In this document: positions 7,741 to 18,051 of the stretch, in pieces
Position numbering within the stretch: the stretch's first letter is position 1
Layout: every line of letters begins with the position of its first letter
Source: Chlorobiota bacterium
Lineage (GTDB): Bacteria > Bacteroidota > Ignavibacteria > Ignavibacteriales > Melioribacteraceae
Length of the DNA: 33,688 nt
Assembly: GCA_013151565.1 (NCBI GenBank)
Contig: JAADIB010000055.1
Location: 1-33,688 of the forward strand
Reading direction: 5' to 3'
The notes under the pieces: generated by a model
The model's database searches: none
The model's input: only the letters and a program-made list of their open reading frames with translations
What the model was told of the DNA's origin: nothing
Made by a program: the position numbers and the translations under genes

Positions 7741-9003
7741 TTAATTATTCAGACTTCTGATTTTCAAATACAACGCTAATGCAAGGAGAATAAGTATAAT
7801 TGTAGCTACACCATAACCAAGTCTGCGATTGAAGTATTCGTTAATTTCATTATCAGCTAATTTTATAGCCTCATAAGATGCAAGTATTCCCTCATTGGCT
7901 TTTGCAAAAACCTTTGAAGTATCAAAAGTATGGACTAAAGTTCTGGTTTCAATTAGATCCTGTTTTATATTTTTTAAAGAATATTCAATATCAATATTAT
8001 TCATTCCCTTAATATTTACTTCCGCAGATCTAACCTTTGTTGAATCATAAAGGAATGCTAATGTTTTTATTTTCTCATAGATCATTTTCGCTTCATTGTA
8101 ACCGTCCTCTCCTTCAGAATGACAGTCAGAACAAATCGGTGATTCATCAACATTAAGCATTTCATCATTCGGTTTATTGATCAAATGGTAACCGTGGCAT
8201 TCTTCGCAGGCTTTAATATCCATATCGGCAAATTCTTTAGCCATTTTAGAACCGTTGAAATATTTCATATTGTTTATATGACATGAACCGCAGACATGTG
8301 AAATTGATTCTACACCGGGAGGCTTTGCTCCGTGATTACCGTGACAGTCATTACAAGCCGGGGCGCCGATATCTTGCTTTTCTAATAAAGCAACTCCATG
8401 AACGCTTCTCGAATATTCTTTCAATTGGTTTGATTCCAAATTGTACTTATTCATCAGCTCAGTATTACCATGACATTTATTACAAGTTTTGGGAATATTA
8501 ATTGCATAAACGGTTGATCTGGTATCCGATGGAGGTAAAATTTCATGTGACGTATGGCAGTCTGTACATGTCGCAACATCCATATTCCCTATTTTTAATT
8601 GCTGACCGTGTTTGCTAACATAATATTGTGATTCCTGGTCAGTCGGAATTCTTGCCTGGTATAATTGCATTTCAGTAAGATTTGAATGACACCTCCCGCA
8701 AAATCTTGGTATTTCTTTTTTATTGGGAACACCAACAAAACCATTTTTTTTACTCATAGCTTTTTCTTCATCTATCTCTTTCGGATCACCGCCGTGGCAA
8801 CCGGCACATGAAAGTCCGTTCTGCCAATGAATGTCATTTTCAGAATAATGCTCCGGCATCATATCATTTTCAATATGACACTTTATACATTCATCTTGGT
8901 ACTTAGAAGAATTTTGAGAGCCATCGGTTGATTGACCCAAAAGAGTAATTGTAGAGAATAGTAAAACAAGCGAGCAAATTTTCAATAAATATTTCTTATT
9001 CAT
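7741..9003 (-). CDS. Nonahaem cytochrome c with a C-terminal transmembrane anchor; third gene of the Rieske/cytochrome b operon.
   Basis: Signal peptide, 9 CxxCH motifs, a helical C-terminal region, then TM helix GYGVATIILILLALALYL. Lies 12 nt downstream of the cytochrome b gene. Confidence 0.85.
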   Translation of the reverse strand: MNKKYLLKICSLVLLFSTITLLGQSTDGSQNSSKYQDECIKCHIENDMMPEHYSENDIHWQNGLSCAGCHGGDPKEIDEEKAMSKKNGFVGVPNKKEIPRFCGRCHSNLTEMQLYQARIPTDQESQYYVSKHGQQLKIGNMDVATCTDCHTSHEILPPSDTRSTVYAINIPKTCNKCHGNTELMNKYNLESNQLKEYSRSVHGVALLEKQDIGAPACNDCHGNHGAKPPGVESISHVCGSCHINNMKYFNGSKMAKEFADMDIKACEECHGYHLINKPNDEMLNVDESPICSDCHSEGEDGYNEAKMIYEKIKTLAFLYDSTKVRSAEVNIKGMNNIDIEYSLKNIKQDLIETRTLVHTFDTSKVFAKANEGILASYEAIKLADNEINEYFNRRLGYGVATIILILLALALYLKIRSLNN

Positions 9004-9015
9004 TTCATTATCCTG

Positions 9016-10095
9016 TTATAAGTATCCTTTAATTGTGAAAATAATCATATAGACAAGAAAGAAAACACCAATCCAGCGGATGATCTTGCTATTAAATTTT
9101 TTTCGTTTAGAAAATTTTACAAACGGAATTAACATCCACATCAAACCAGCAATCGCGAACGCAAAAATTCCAACGGCTTCTCCTTCAACAAATAAAATAT
9201 TTGCCGGTAGTAATTTTAAAGTTTCAAACATGAACATAAAATACCATTCCGGTTTTATTCCAATAGGAGCGGAAGCTAGAGCATTGGCTTTTGACCCCAA
9301 TTCCCACGGAAAGAACAAAGTAAGGCTAAGTAAAACTATCAAAACAATAATCCAGAGTAACGCATCCTGCAAAACAAAATTTGGGAAGAATGGAATATAT
9401 TTTTTCTGCTTCTCACTAAGTTTTTCAAATTCTTCCGGTTCACTCATCCCTTGTCTTTGAACAAAGAGAAGGTGTATAGTTAAAAGAGTTGTAAATATTG
9501 CGGGCAGAATAGCTACGTGGATTCCGAAAAATCTTGATAATGTTGCTCCGGTAACATCATCACCGCCTCTTAGAATAATTTTTAATGAATCACCCAGAAT
9601 TGGTACAACTCCTACAATGTCAGTTCCGACTTTTGTTGCGAAGAAAGCTAATTCATTCCAAGGTAATAAATATCCACTGAATCCGAATCCCATTGCTAAA
9701 AGAAGCAATACAAAACCGGTAACCCAAGTTAACTCACGTGGTTTTCTGAATGCATCGGTAAAAAACACACTGAACATATGTAGAAAAACAAAAAAGACCA
9801 TCATGTTAGCCGACCAGCTATGCAGGTTACGGATAAGCCATCCGAACTTCACCTTGGTTATTATGAATTGAACACTCTCATACGCATTTTCTTCACCGGG
9901 AATATAGTACATTAATAAAAGAAGTCCGGTAATGACTTGGGTTATAAATAGAAATAAACTGATCCCTCCCATGTAATACCAAATAGAATGGTCATGGACA
10001 GGTACCTTTTTATGCAGTATGAGATTTCTTATCGGAGTTAAATCAAATCTCTCGTCAAGCCATTTTTCGATTTTTGATGTTATATTATTATTCAT
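9016..10095 (-). CDS. Cytochrome b (fused b6-like N-terminal part plus subunit-IV-like C-terminal part) of a bc/b6f-type complex.
   Basis: Family motifs readable: WYYMGGISL, IRNLHSWSANMMV, GYLLPW, RFFGIHVAILP and the Qo-site PEWY (IKPEWYFMFMFE). About 8 TM helices. Confidence 0.9.
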   Translation of the reverse strand: MNNNITSKIEKWLDERFDLTPIRNLILHKKVPVHDHSIWYYMGGISLFLFITQVITGLLLLMYYIPGEENAYESVQFIITKVKFGWLIRNLHSWSANMMVFFVFLHMFSVFFTDAFRKPRELTWVTGFVLLLLAMGFGFSGYLLPWNELAFFATKVGTDIVGVVPILGDSLKIILRGGDDVTGATLSRFFGIHVAILPAIFTTLLTIHLLFVQRQGMSEPEEFEKLSEKQKKYIPFFPNFVLQDALLWIIVLIVLLSLTLFFPWELGSKANALASAPIGIKPEWYFMFMFETLKLLPANILFVEGEAVGIFAFAIAGLMWMLIPFVKFSKRKKFNSKIIRWIGVFFLVYMIIFTIKGYL

Positions 10096-10532
10096 GATAG
10101 CACGTCTTGCGAAGTTATTCTAATTTCATCATCAATTATATCAACAACATATTCCTCCAAAGGTCTAGGAGGGGGTCCTGATATATTTCTTCCGTGTAAG
10201 TCATAGATCCCATTGTGACACGCACAAAAGATCTGCTGGGTGTCATCTCTGAATTGAACAATACATTCTAGATGTGTACATGTAGCAGCCAAGGCTCCGA
10301 AATCACCCTCCACAGTTCGGAATAAAATTACCGGAGTTCTTCCAAATCTAACTATCTTAAATGTGTTATTCTTAAACGCAGCGGCAGAACCGGCTTTAAG
10401 TGAACTCACTTTAACCTCAGCAATTTTAGGGGGTATTAGGTAGGAAATGATCGGATAAACAATTGCCGAAATTGCTCCTAAACTTCCAATACCCAAAAGT
10501 GAATTCAGAAATTTTCTTCTATTTGTTCCCAT
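10092..10532 (-). CDS. Rieske [2Fe-2S] protein with a Tat signal.
   Basis: Twin-arginine NRRKFL followed by a TM helix. Cluster boxes CTHLEC and CACHNG. 4-nt overlap with the cytochrome b gene. Confidence 0.9.
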   Translation of the reverse strand: MGTNRRKFLNSLLGIGSLGAISAIVYPIISYLIPPKIAEVKVSSLKAGSAAAFKNNTFKIVRFGRTPVILFRTVEGDFGALAATCTHLECIVQFRDDTQQIFCACHNGIYDLHGRNISGPPPRPLEEYVVDIIDDEIRITSQDVLS

Positions 10533-10575
10533 TTGTATTCAACCAATTTGTTAGATAAATTTTCTTGTTATTTAT

Positions 10576-12219
10576 TTACTGCTCTTTGTTCTCAATTGTA
10601 TTTTTTGATTTTATTTTAGTGTAAACAATGGATATGATTATCAATACTAATCCAACTATAATAAATGATATTACTTTCATCTCATCTTCGGGATGCATAA
10701 TTCCTAAAACTATAGTATATAATATTGTTATTGCAAGAGTCAACATTGCCATCCATCTATATTTTTTATTCTTAAGAATAAGGCTGAAGGCATAATAAAG
10801 AAGCGCTATTGCCAGCCATGTTAAGCCTACATATTCAAGTGGTACTAATAAAAATGTTGAGTATGGAAGCAATATAAATGCAATTCCTAAGTATGCATTC
10901 CTTATAGCCTCGGTTTTAATTTCAAGTTTGTCTTTTTGAGAGTTCAATATCCTTGCACTTAAAAGAGCAACTACTCCGGCATTCATACAACTTAAAGCAT
11001 GGCTGCCTGAAAAGGACATGGTTGCAATTGCAATTATTGCATAAATAAAAAAGTTTGCAATGATGATGATCTTTGAGCGAAACCAGATAGCGGTTGTTAC
11101 AACCAGAATACTCTGCCAGCTTAACCAAATGAATAGTTCCGGGATTTCAAAGGAATTAATAATTGCGATACTTAGTGCACCGTATCCAAGTATGGCAAAG
11201 AAGAAAACAGAATATTTGTCTTGTCCTTTCTTCCAGCAAAGAGTAGATAATAATAAGAATAATATGGAAACTGTAATGAATGAAGTGGTTATCTCAGATC
11301 TAAACTGTGTAACTGTTATAATAGCAAATGAAAAAAGGAAACCGAAACTATTAAAAAAGCTACTTATAACTTTCTGCTTTTCATCTCTACATTCTATATC
11401 TCTAAAAATATTGCCGACTGCTATAGTTATTAGATATGACATTAGGAAAAAGACATTTACATAGGGTTCGCTAACTAATTCTATTTTATTACCTATGACT
11501 AATGGATTATTAATGAACCAAACAAAATGTGTTAAGTATGTAATAACTATACTGTAATAAAAAAGATACGCCCATTCATGTTTTATTTTCACGTATGAAG
11601 TTAGCGCTGTTAAGGATAGAATTGATATAAAGATTATATAAGGTTCGCCGGAAACTAATGATGCTATAAATCCTAACGTCAATCCGATATTGTACAAGTA
11701 TGTTGATTTTCTTTTAATTGCAATAGACAATAATGCAAGTGAAATTATTGCCAGAAAAATAAATTCCAGAATATTATTATCTATAACCGAAGGGTTACCC
11801 CAGTAATGAAGTCTTAGAGTGGAAAAAAACAAAAGTAGAAATCCACTGGCAAAGAGATATCGTGAAATTAGATTAAGAGAATTTTTCCAGAGTCTTGAGA
11901 AACCGAATAAAACAATTGAAATTACATAACCAAACAAACTAGGCATAAATTGGGGCAGTGTACGGAATGGAAGAGTTAAAATAAGTGCAATACCAAGAGC
12001 AAGCACAACTATACCGGCTTTAGCAAACCAAAATTGCCCGATTTCAAATTCTAAGGATTGTTTCTCTTCTTCTGTCTTTTTGCGAGTTTCTACTACAACT
12101 TCTTCATAGACGTTTTCATCTCTGGAAAGATTCAGGAATGATTCAATGCGACTTATTCGACCATTAAGATTCGATAAATCATCTAAGATTTGTCTAATAT
12201 TATCAGATGTTTGATCCAT
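10576..12219 (-). CDS. Large polytopic membrane protein, DUF2339-like (N-terminal coiled-coil/acidic segment followed by more than 12 TM helices).
   Basis: The first 60 or so residues are hydrophilic (LDDLSNLNGRISRIESFL...), then EFEIGQFWFAKAGIVVLALGI and continuous TM helices. Lies 43 nt upstream of the Rieske gene on the same strand. Family assignment is from memory of the architecture only. Confidence 0.5.
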   Translation of the reverse strand: MDQTSDNIRQILDDLSNLNGRISRIESFLNLSRDENVYEEVVVETRKKTEEEKQSLEFEIGQFWFAKAGIVVLALGIALILTLPFRTLPQFMPSLFGYVISIVLFGFSRLWKNSLNLISRYLFASGFLLLFFSTLRLHYWGNPSVIDNNILEFIFLAIISLALLSIAIKRKSTYLYNIGLTLGFIASLVSGEPYIIFISILSLTALTSYVKIKHEWAYLFYYSIVITYLTHFVWFINNPLVIGNKIELVSEPYVNVFFLMSYLITIAVGNIFRDIECRDEKQKVISSFFNSFGFLFSFAIITVTQFRSEITTSFITVSILFLLLSTLCWKKGQDKYSVFFFAILGYGALSIAIINSFEIPELFIWLSWQSILVVTTAIWFRSKIIIIANFFIYAIIAIATMSFSGSHALSCMNAGVVALLSARILNSQKDKLEIKTEAIRNAYLGIAFILLPYSTFLLVPLEYVGLTWLAIALLYYAFSLILKNKKYRWMAMLTLAITILYTIVLGIMHPEDEMKVISFIIVGLVLIIISIVYTKIKSKNTIENKEQ

Positions 12220-12402
12220 ATTACCTCACAAAGAAAATATCTTGTTAAAGTTATCTTGATCTAAATCATAATTACACGAAGATCTATAATCTTTTCGTGA
12301 ATACACATCGTTCTCTTAGCATCAAATAAGTTTATCTAAGCATTTAAGTAATTATTAAAATCAAGTACGAGTTTTAACAATAATAGTTTCTAATAATCTA
12401 TT

Positions 12403-13923
12403 TTACGGACCATCTCCTTCGTGACAATCGGAGCATAAGGATTCCTGCCAATCTGATTCTTCAACATCTCCTCCGGGATGAATAAAGACTAACGATTCAG
12501 TTATAGCCTCTTTTTGTAATTTCCCCGGTTCTCCCTGCGAATTTATTAAGTGACATAAATTACAATCTTTCGAAATCACCTTACCGCTTTCTGAAACATG
12601 ATTGTCATCATGACATCTAAAACATCCAAGTGATTTTATGTGACCAATATTAAAAGGATATTTATCCCATCTTACTTTCATTTCAGGAAAAATATTTTTG
12701 GAAAATTGTTCTTGAATAGATGAAATAGCTGTTTGTAAAAGATCATTTTTCTCTTCAATCACTTTAGGATAATTTTCAATATAAAAATACTCTATCGTTT
12801 TTCTAATTCCTGCTAATGCTGAATCTGTTGTTGAATAATCTTCACTACAAACTGATACAGCTATTGATTTTATTTCAGGTAACTCCCTAGAAATTTTACC
12901 GGCGGTAATTGCAGTGTTAATAAAAATTTCAGGTGGTTTATAATTATGCGAAGGTCTATTGTGACAGTCTATACAATCTATTTGTCTAATTTCTAAAGTA
13001 TCCAGTGCACCTTTATCCAATGGTTCGTCAGTCGATTCAAAGATTGTTATTTCCCCGGTGTTTTTATCAATCAATTTAACCCAAGGAATATTCTGTCTTC
13101 TATAATCTGTGGCAGCGTATTCAACTTTTACGTTAGAGTTTATATGCCAGTGAATTCCTTCTTGTAATCCGAGAGCATCGAATTTTGCTCCAACTTTCAT
13201 AATTAAGTTGATATCCCATTCACTATTTTCCACATCTCTTAAATAATGGCGCTCCATTCTAATGGAACGCGAGTAAAACTTCTGCGGCCAATGGCATCTT
13301 TCACAAGTTTCCCGAGCCGGGCGTAAATTATGTATTGGTGTTAAAATAGGTTTAGGCACATCTCCAATTATTGTTTTATAAACTTGTCTTAATCCTGAAA
13401 GTTTTGAACGCACATACCAATCAGCGCCTTCTCCTACATGACATTCAACGCATCTTACTCTTGCATGGGGCGAGGACTGGTAAGCAGTAAACTCCGGGAT
13501 CATAACAGTATGACAAGTTTTTCCACAGAATGAAACTGATTCAGTAAAATGAAAAGCTTCGTAACTTCCAACGGCAGAAATGAAAAGAAAAACTGCAGTA
13601 CCAATTATAAAAATAAAAGTTGCATTTCTATGTTCAGGTATATTTAAATCAACAAAAGGAAGTGGTCTCGAAACATATTCTTTTGCGCCTTGAGCTTTTA
13701 ACTGCTTTCTCTTGCGGATCATACCGATAGGGATTAAAATTAAACCTGCAATTAAAAATGCCGGTAAAATAATATATATAATTAAACCGAGATAGGAACC
13801 TCCTTGGTTAAATACAAGAGATATTGTAAGTAAAAATATTATCATTAGGAGAGTAATAACAGCGATGGTTGCGCCAACTAGGGAAGTCCAGTTTTTTGTT
13901 GATTCAGGTAATTTTAGTTTCAT
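12403..13923 (-). CDS. Inner-membrane NapC/NirT-family multihaem quinol dehydrogenase, ImcH-like architecture (3 TM helices plus 7 haem motifs).
   Basis: Three N-terminal TM helices separated by a short loop and a Lys/Arg-rich loop. NapC-like segment FCGKTCHTVMIPEFTAYQSSPHARVRCVECH. Six CxxCH motifs plus one CX3CH (CGKTCH). Confidence 0.8.
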   Translation of the reverse strand: MKLKLPESTKNWTSLVGATIAVITLLMIIFLLTISLVFNQGGSYLGLIIYIILPAFLIAGLILIPIGMIRKRKQLKAQGAKEYVSRPLPFVDLNIPEHRNATFIFIIGTAVFLFISAVGSYEAFHFTESVSFCGKTCHTVMIPEFTAYQSSPHARVRCVECHVGEGADWYVRSKLSGLRQVYKTIIGDVPKPILTPIHNLRPARETCERCHWPQKFYSRSIRMERHYLRDVENSEWDINLIMKVGAKFDALGLQEGIHWHINSNVKVEYAATDYRRQNIPWVKLIDKNTGEITIFESTDEPLDKGALDTLEIRQIDCIDCHNRPSHNYKPPEIFINTAITAGKISRELPEIKSIAVSVCSEDYSTTDSALAGIRKTIEYFYIENYPKVIEEKNDLLQTAISSIQEQFSKNIFPEMKVRWDKYPFNIGHIKSLGCFRCHDDNHVSESGKVISKDCNLCHLINSQGEPGKLQKEAITESLVFIHPGGDVEESDWQESLCSDCHEGDGP

Positions 13924-14067
13924 ATTTTCAATAATTAGTGTCGGAAAAAAGTTTCATAAATATATATAATTATTAAATGATAAAAAAGCATTTTAAGCTA
14001 TTAAATTTCAAAAAAATTCATAAATAGATGAATTAGCGAACAAAAACAATAAAATCTAAATTTTTTT

Positions 14068-14730
14068 TTACTTTTTATGGCACGTTAAACATAAAGCGCT
14101 ATTATCATTCGGTTTCCAAATAGAGAGTGACGGTTTACCGAAATGGCAACCGCTGCATCCCTGAGTATTCCTGCTAATATGTACATCGTGACAAGATGTA
14201 CATTGCATTTGACCATTACTTAAAAGATCCTCATCAATGGTTCCACCTAAACCTGACGGCTCTGACGATGGATCAGCTAATTGATCGTCGGCAGCAGCGA
14301 GCGCAGAGTTATAGGTGAAAGATATTGGATGATGAGAGCTTAAATCGGCACCAATATATCCGAATGGAAGGATAAACCTTGTACCACCGGTATTCCCACC
14401 AATATTATCAATAGCTACTGTTCCATCATGGCAACTTAAACACAATTTCGACTGTGCAGTTGGCTGCCCTATTGCAGCATCAATCGATGAGCTAGAATAC
14501 AGAGTGTATGAAGCTGTTGAAAGCTCATGATTCCAAAGCGGGGGAGCACTAGCAATTGCATTATGAGGAGTATGACACAATATACAAATCTCATTGTTCA
14601 TATATGAAGCTCCGCTAAAGTCATGATGACTGTTTTTAATCCCAGGATAAATCTCAAATCCGTTCCATAATATTACTGGAGATAAAAGTAGGAACAATAA
14701 TATCATTATTAATTTTTGTCTTAGTTTCAT
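14068..14730 (-). CDS. Small secreted pentahaem cytochrome c, paralogue family A (shared module with 20333-20944 and 23987-25678).
   Basis: Signal peptide. Motifs CILCH, CLSCH, CTSCH, CSGCH, CLTCH. Conserved blocks CxxCHTPH, PLWNHE, LCLSCHDGTVA, HPISF, QCTSCHDVH and the C-terminal LCLTCHKK. Confidence 0.9.
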   Translation of the reverse strand: MKLRQKLIMILLFLLLSPVILWNGFEIYPGIKNSHHDFSGASYMNNEICILCHTPHNAIASAPPLWNHELSTASYTLYSSSSIDAAIGQPTAQSKLCLSCHDGTVAIDNIGGNTGGTRFILPFGYIGADLSSHHPISFTYNSALAAADDQLADPSSEPSGLGGTIDEDLLSNGQMQCTSCHDVHISRNTQGCSGCHFGKPSLSIWKPNDNSALCLTCHKK

Positions 14731-14736
14731 AATTAT

Positions 14737-16032
14737 TTATCTAGTATATTTTAATTTTCCATGACATCCTGGCGCACAAGAACCGCCATTTTCTGTTGCT
14801 TTATAATTTAACGGCATTTGCCATTTACCAAATTGCACCTTATCAGCTATAATATGTGGATTGTTAGAACCGTGAATATTATGACACAAAGTACAATTTC
14901 TGCCTTTATTTTTAGAGATATGGAGATAGTGCAAATTAATGTTTCCATTCCTAAAATTTGTTGCTGAGGTTGTTTTTTCTAATTTTAGTGCATCACTTTC
15001 ATGACACTCAAAACAAAGACTAAAATTTTTCGGGTCGGCGCCTTTTACATAATTACCAAATGGAAATTTTGAATTCAGCAAATAAAAATTATTTGATGAA
15101 TGTGGAAAATGACAATCGGTACAATCCCCATCTGCTACTGCTTCATGTGGATATTTTGATTCTGTTACTATTTTATAGATGTTTGCTAGCGTTCTATCTT
15201 CGTCTTTATATTCTTTATTATGACATGAAAAACAAAGGTCTTTACCTTCTTTTAGTAATAATGTTTCAGTTTTCGAAGCATGGGGCGAATGGCATGAAGT
15301 ACAGCTTTTATCCTGGTTAATAATTTTATGGACAACTTTTGCACTCTTAAATTCTTCTCCCATATCATCGTGACATTCCAAGCAAAGATTTGGTATCGCT
15401 TCCTTTACAAGAAATTCATACTTTGAATCATGGGGATTGTGACATTCGGTGCAGCTCCCTTCGTATGCGCCATGAACGGTAGGGAGTTTTAACATCTCCT
15501 TATTACTTTCGTGACAGTTGAAACAGAGCTGTGGGGGTTCTTCTTTCAGTAAGGCTGTGTTTGCCGATTGATGCGGCTCATGGCAAACATTACATTGACC
15601 GCTTACTGCTGGACCATGCTTAACCATATTCTCTTTGTTAATAACATCGTGGCATTTAGCACATAACTCACCAACATTTCCCGACTTCAATAATGATGGA
15701 TTATTTGAACTATGCGGAGAGTGACAAGAAATGCATTCACCGCCGGCAAATGCTTCGTGTGTCATTAATTTTTCGTCAGGTTCATCGTGACAGTCAAAAC
15801 ATAATTCGCTTTTATCTTCAGTCAGTTTGAATTCATTTCCTTTCCCTTTAGGATGGTTTTGAGAAATTTGATCGTGGCATGATTCGCATCCATCCTCAAG
15901 TGCTGGATGGATATTTTTCGCTTTCATAAAAGTATCGTGACACCCAGCTGACAGGCAGTTTTGTTCGCTTTGTGCTTTCAGAGGATAAGCGATAATGGTC
16001 AATAGAATAACAAGAATAATTTGAAGTTTCAT
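14737..16032 (-). CDS. Periplasmic multihaem cytochrome c of paired-CxxCH type: 13 CxxCH plus an N-terminal CX4CH and a C-terminal CX3CH.
   Basis: Signal peptide ending LKAQ. Repeating unit LCxxCH ... H ... G-x-CxxCH-x-PH-S ... LL. Variant motifs CLSAGCH (15937-15957) and CAPGCH (14761-14778). Confidence 0.9.
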   Translation of the reverse strand: MKLQIILVILLTIIAYPLKAQSEQNCLSAGCHDTFMKAKNIHPALEDGCESCHDQISQNHPKGKGNEFKLTEDKSELCFDCHDEPDEKLMTHEAFAGGECISCHSPHSSNNPSLLKSGNVGELCAKCHDVINKENMVKHGPAVSGQCNVCHEPHQSANTALLKEEPPQLCFNCHESNKEMLKLPTVHGAYEGSCTECHNPHDSKYEFLVKEAIPNLCLECHDDMGEEFKSAKVVHKIINQDKSCTSCHSPHASKTETLLLKEGKDLCFSCHNKEYKDEDRTLANIYKIVTESKYPHEAVADGDCTDCHFPHSSNNFYLLNSKFPFGNYVKGADPKNFSLCFECHESDALKLEKTTSATNFRNGNINLHYLHISKNKGRNCTLCHNIHGSNNPHIIADKVQFGKWQMPLNYKATENGGSCAPGCHGKLKYTR

Positions 16033-16044
16033 TTGTATTCCTCG

Positions 16045-18051
16045 TTAGAAGTTTCGTTGTAATGATATATATCCGTTCATGTATTGTCTTGTTTCTTGTA
16101 TATATGTTCTATCGTAAAGTTCAACGCCAATGGCAATTTGTGTAGCACGAAAACTTAATTGGTACTCTGTTTTAAATTTAAGTAAGTTAAGATCAATACC
16201 AATACCTTCTTGGAATCTGTAGCTTCCTTCAACCAACAACTTAGACTGTCTGCTTAAGTAAAACATTATTCTCCCGACAACATCTGCGAAATTTTGTCTT
16301 TGAAATTGTTGTGTTAAATATAAAGTTTTATAATTTACTATTAATGAAAACAACGTAGTTTCCTCCAGCAAATAATCATATTGACCAAAATATCGCACGG
16401 ATTCGTAAGGTACTATGTTGCTCTTGAAAGAATTGAATTCCATGCCGGTTTTAAGCCCGGCATAGTTGAGTGTTAAAGATAAAATTCTCTGCGAAACCCA
16501 TTTCAATATTATATATCTAACATTTTCTACATTATTGTAATTAACTTCAACTCCGGAATAAGAAAACTGAATGAAGTTACTGAATAAATTTAACCCAATT
16601 GAGAAATGATGATTCGGCGAAGTAAATTTGTATGAATTATCTATCATAAAACTGTAATCGACAAGTACTATTCCGTTGTTTGGTATTTGCCCGCCTGGTA
16701 ATCTTCTGATCTCTAAAAATTCACTATGGTCAATTATCTCGTAGTCGAATCCTTCTTGAAATACAATTATGTTTTTCTCATCAGTAACTATAATTGTATT
16801 TCTAAATACATTTGGGTTATTAAGTAGTTCAATTTCACCATCAGTTAATTTATGAGATTCACTATATACCACATTCACATTTGTATTACTCTCGGTTGAT
16901 CTCTTGTACTGTGAATAACTGTACGATAATTCGAAATTTCCGAACGGAATATTTTTTGTATAATTAAAACCAACTTCAAACCGATTAGTTTTTTCATCAT
17001 ATAAATGCTGTTTATACTTAGTAAATTCAAAATTTATAAAAGTATTCAAACTGTTATATAATTGATTATTTAGTCCAAAATTTACCTTGTTGAGGTCTGA
17101 TGTAAACAGATTAACTTTCAAGTAATTATAATTATAACTGGCATTAAACTTAAAATTATAAGGAAGTTGCGTAAAGAGAGATTGATTAACATCGAATTTA
17201 TTTCTGTTATCATAACCGACTTGTTTGTTGTATAAGATAAGAGAATAGTACCGTACCGGAACAAACATTTCTAGCATGAATTTTGTGTTTAAATTGGCAT
17301 CAAATACTTTGTTTGCAATTATTAAATCATTAAATGAATATTTTCTGAAAAAATCGCCGTAACTCAAAGTTAATTTGTTATAGTAATTTTTACCGAATGA
17401 TTGTGTAATATCAGTTTTGAAATTGTGAATCTTGGAAGCATAAAATCGCTTTAGATCCAGTTCGTCCTGAAGCCAGTCATCATAATTATAATTGAAATTG
17501 AAGTTTGCAAAATAGCTTCTAAAATAAACAAAAGCCCCAACATTTTTTCTAAAATTTTCAATATTTGTTGCAAAATCTCTACGTACAAAAGAATGATCGT
17601 AGTTAAAATAAAAACTAGCGTTCAATGGTCTTTGCTTAAATAAATAAGTCCTAAAACCAACTTTCTCTGCCGTAGTAACAGCAGCTTGGTCGGGGGCTAC
17701 AATAAAATTATCATTTCGTGTACCTGGTCTGAATAATGCATTTAACTCTAATTCAAGAAAATTCGGATGCACTATACTGCTTTTAGTATCCAACGAAAAT
17801 GACCCGTTGAATTGAGAACTCTTTTGTACTTCATTAAATCCGGTTCTAAGTGTCGTGTTTAAGTAATAATAATTACTTTCCAAACCGATGTAACCACGGA
17901 TGTAGTTTAAGTTCCAAAATGAATATTCATTCTGACTACCAATACCGCGCGGATATATTTCTGTTGTAAATAACATCGTAGTAAAAAATAGCACGGCAAA
18001 GTAAATGCTGAAAATTATTTTTCGATATTTTGATGTATCCATTAAGGTCAT
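16045..18051 (-). CDS. Outer-membrane beta-barrel protein (668 aa) of the second porin-cytochrome module.
   Basis: N-terminal hydrophobic signal. No Cys. Extremely Tyr/Asn/Phe-rich with an alternating strand pattern. Ends ...GYISLQRNF. 4-nt overlap with the upstream lipoprotein cytochrome gene. Confidence 0.75.
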   Translation of the reverse strand: MTLMDTSKYRKIIFSIYFAVLFFTTMLFTTEIYPRGIGSQNEYSFWNLNYIRGYIGLESNYYYLNTTLRTGFNEVQKSSQFNGSFSLDTKSSIVHPNFLELELNALFRPGTRNDNFIVAPDQAAVTTAEKVGFRTYLFKQRPLNASFYFNYDHSFVRRDFATNIENFRKNVGAFVYFRSYFANFNFNYNYDDWLQDELDLKRFYASKIHNFKTDITQSFGKNYYNKLTLSYGDFFRKYSFNDLIIANKVFDANLNTKFMLEMFVPVRYYSLILYNKQVGYDNRNKFDVNQSLFTQLPYNFKFNASYNYNYLKVNLFTSDLNKVNFGLNNQLYNSLNTFINFEFTKYKQHLYDEKTNRFEVGFNYTKNIPFGNFELSYSYSQYKRSTESNTNVNVVYSESHKLTDGEIELLNNPNVFRNTIIVTDEKNIIVFQEGFDYEIIDHSEFLEIRRLPGGQIPNNGIVLVDYSFMIDNSYKFTSPNHHFSIGLNLFSNFIQFSYSGVEVNYNNVENVRYIILKWVSQRILSLTLNYAGLKTGMEFNSFKSNIVPYESVRYFGQYDYLLEETTLFSLIVNYKTLYLTQQFQRQNFADVVGRIMFYLSRQSKLLVEGSYRFQEGIGIDLNLLKFKTEYQLSFRATQIAIGVELYDRTYIQETRQYMNGYISLQRNF

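Noticed and set aside
12275-12299. Hairpin CACGAAGAT...ATCTTTTCGTG downstream of the ImcH-like gene, considered as a terminator.
   Set aside because: The stem has a 2-nt bulge and no U-tract follows on the minus-strand transcript. It may be a processing or regulatory hairpin, but it is not a confident intrinsic terminator.
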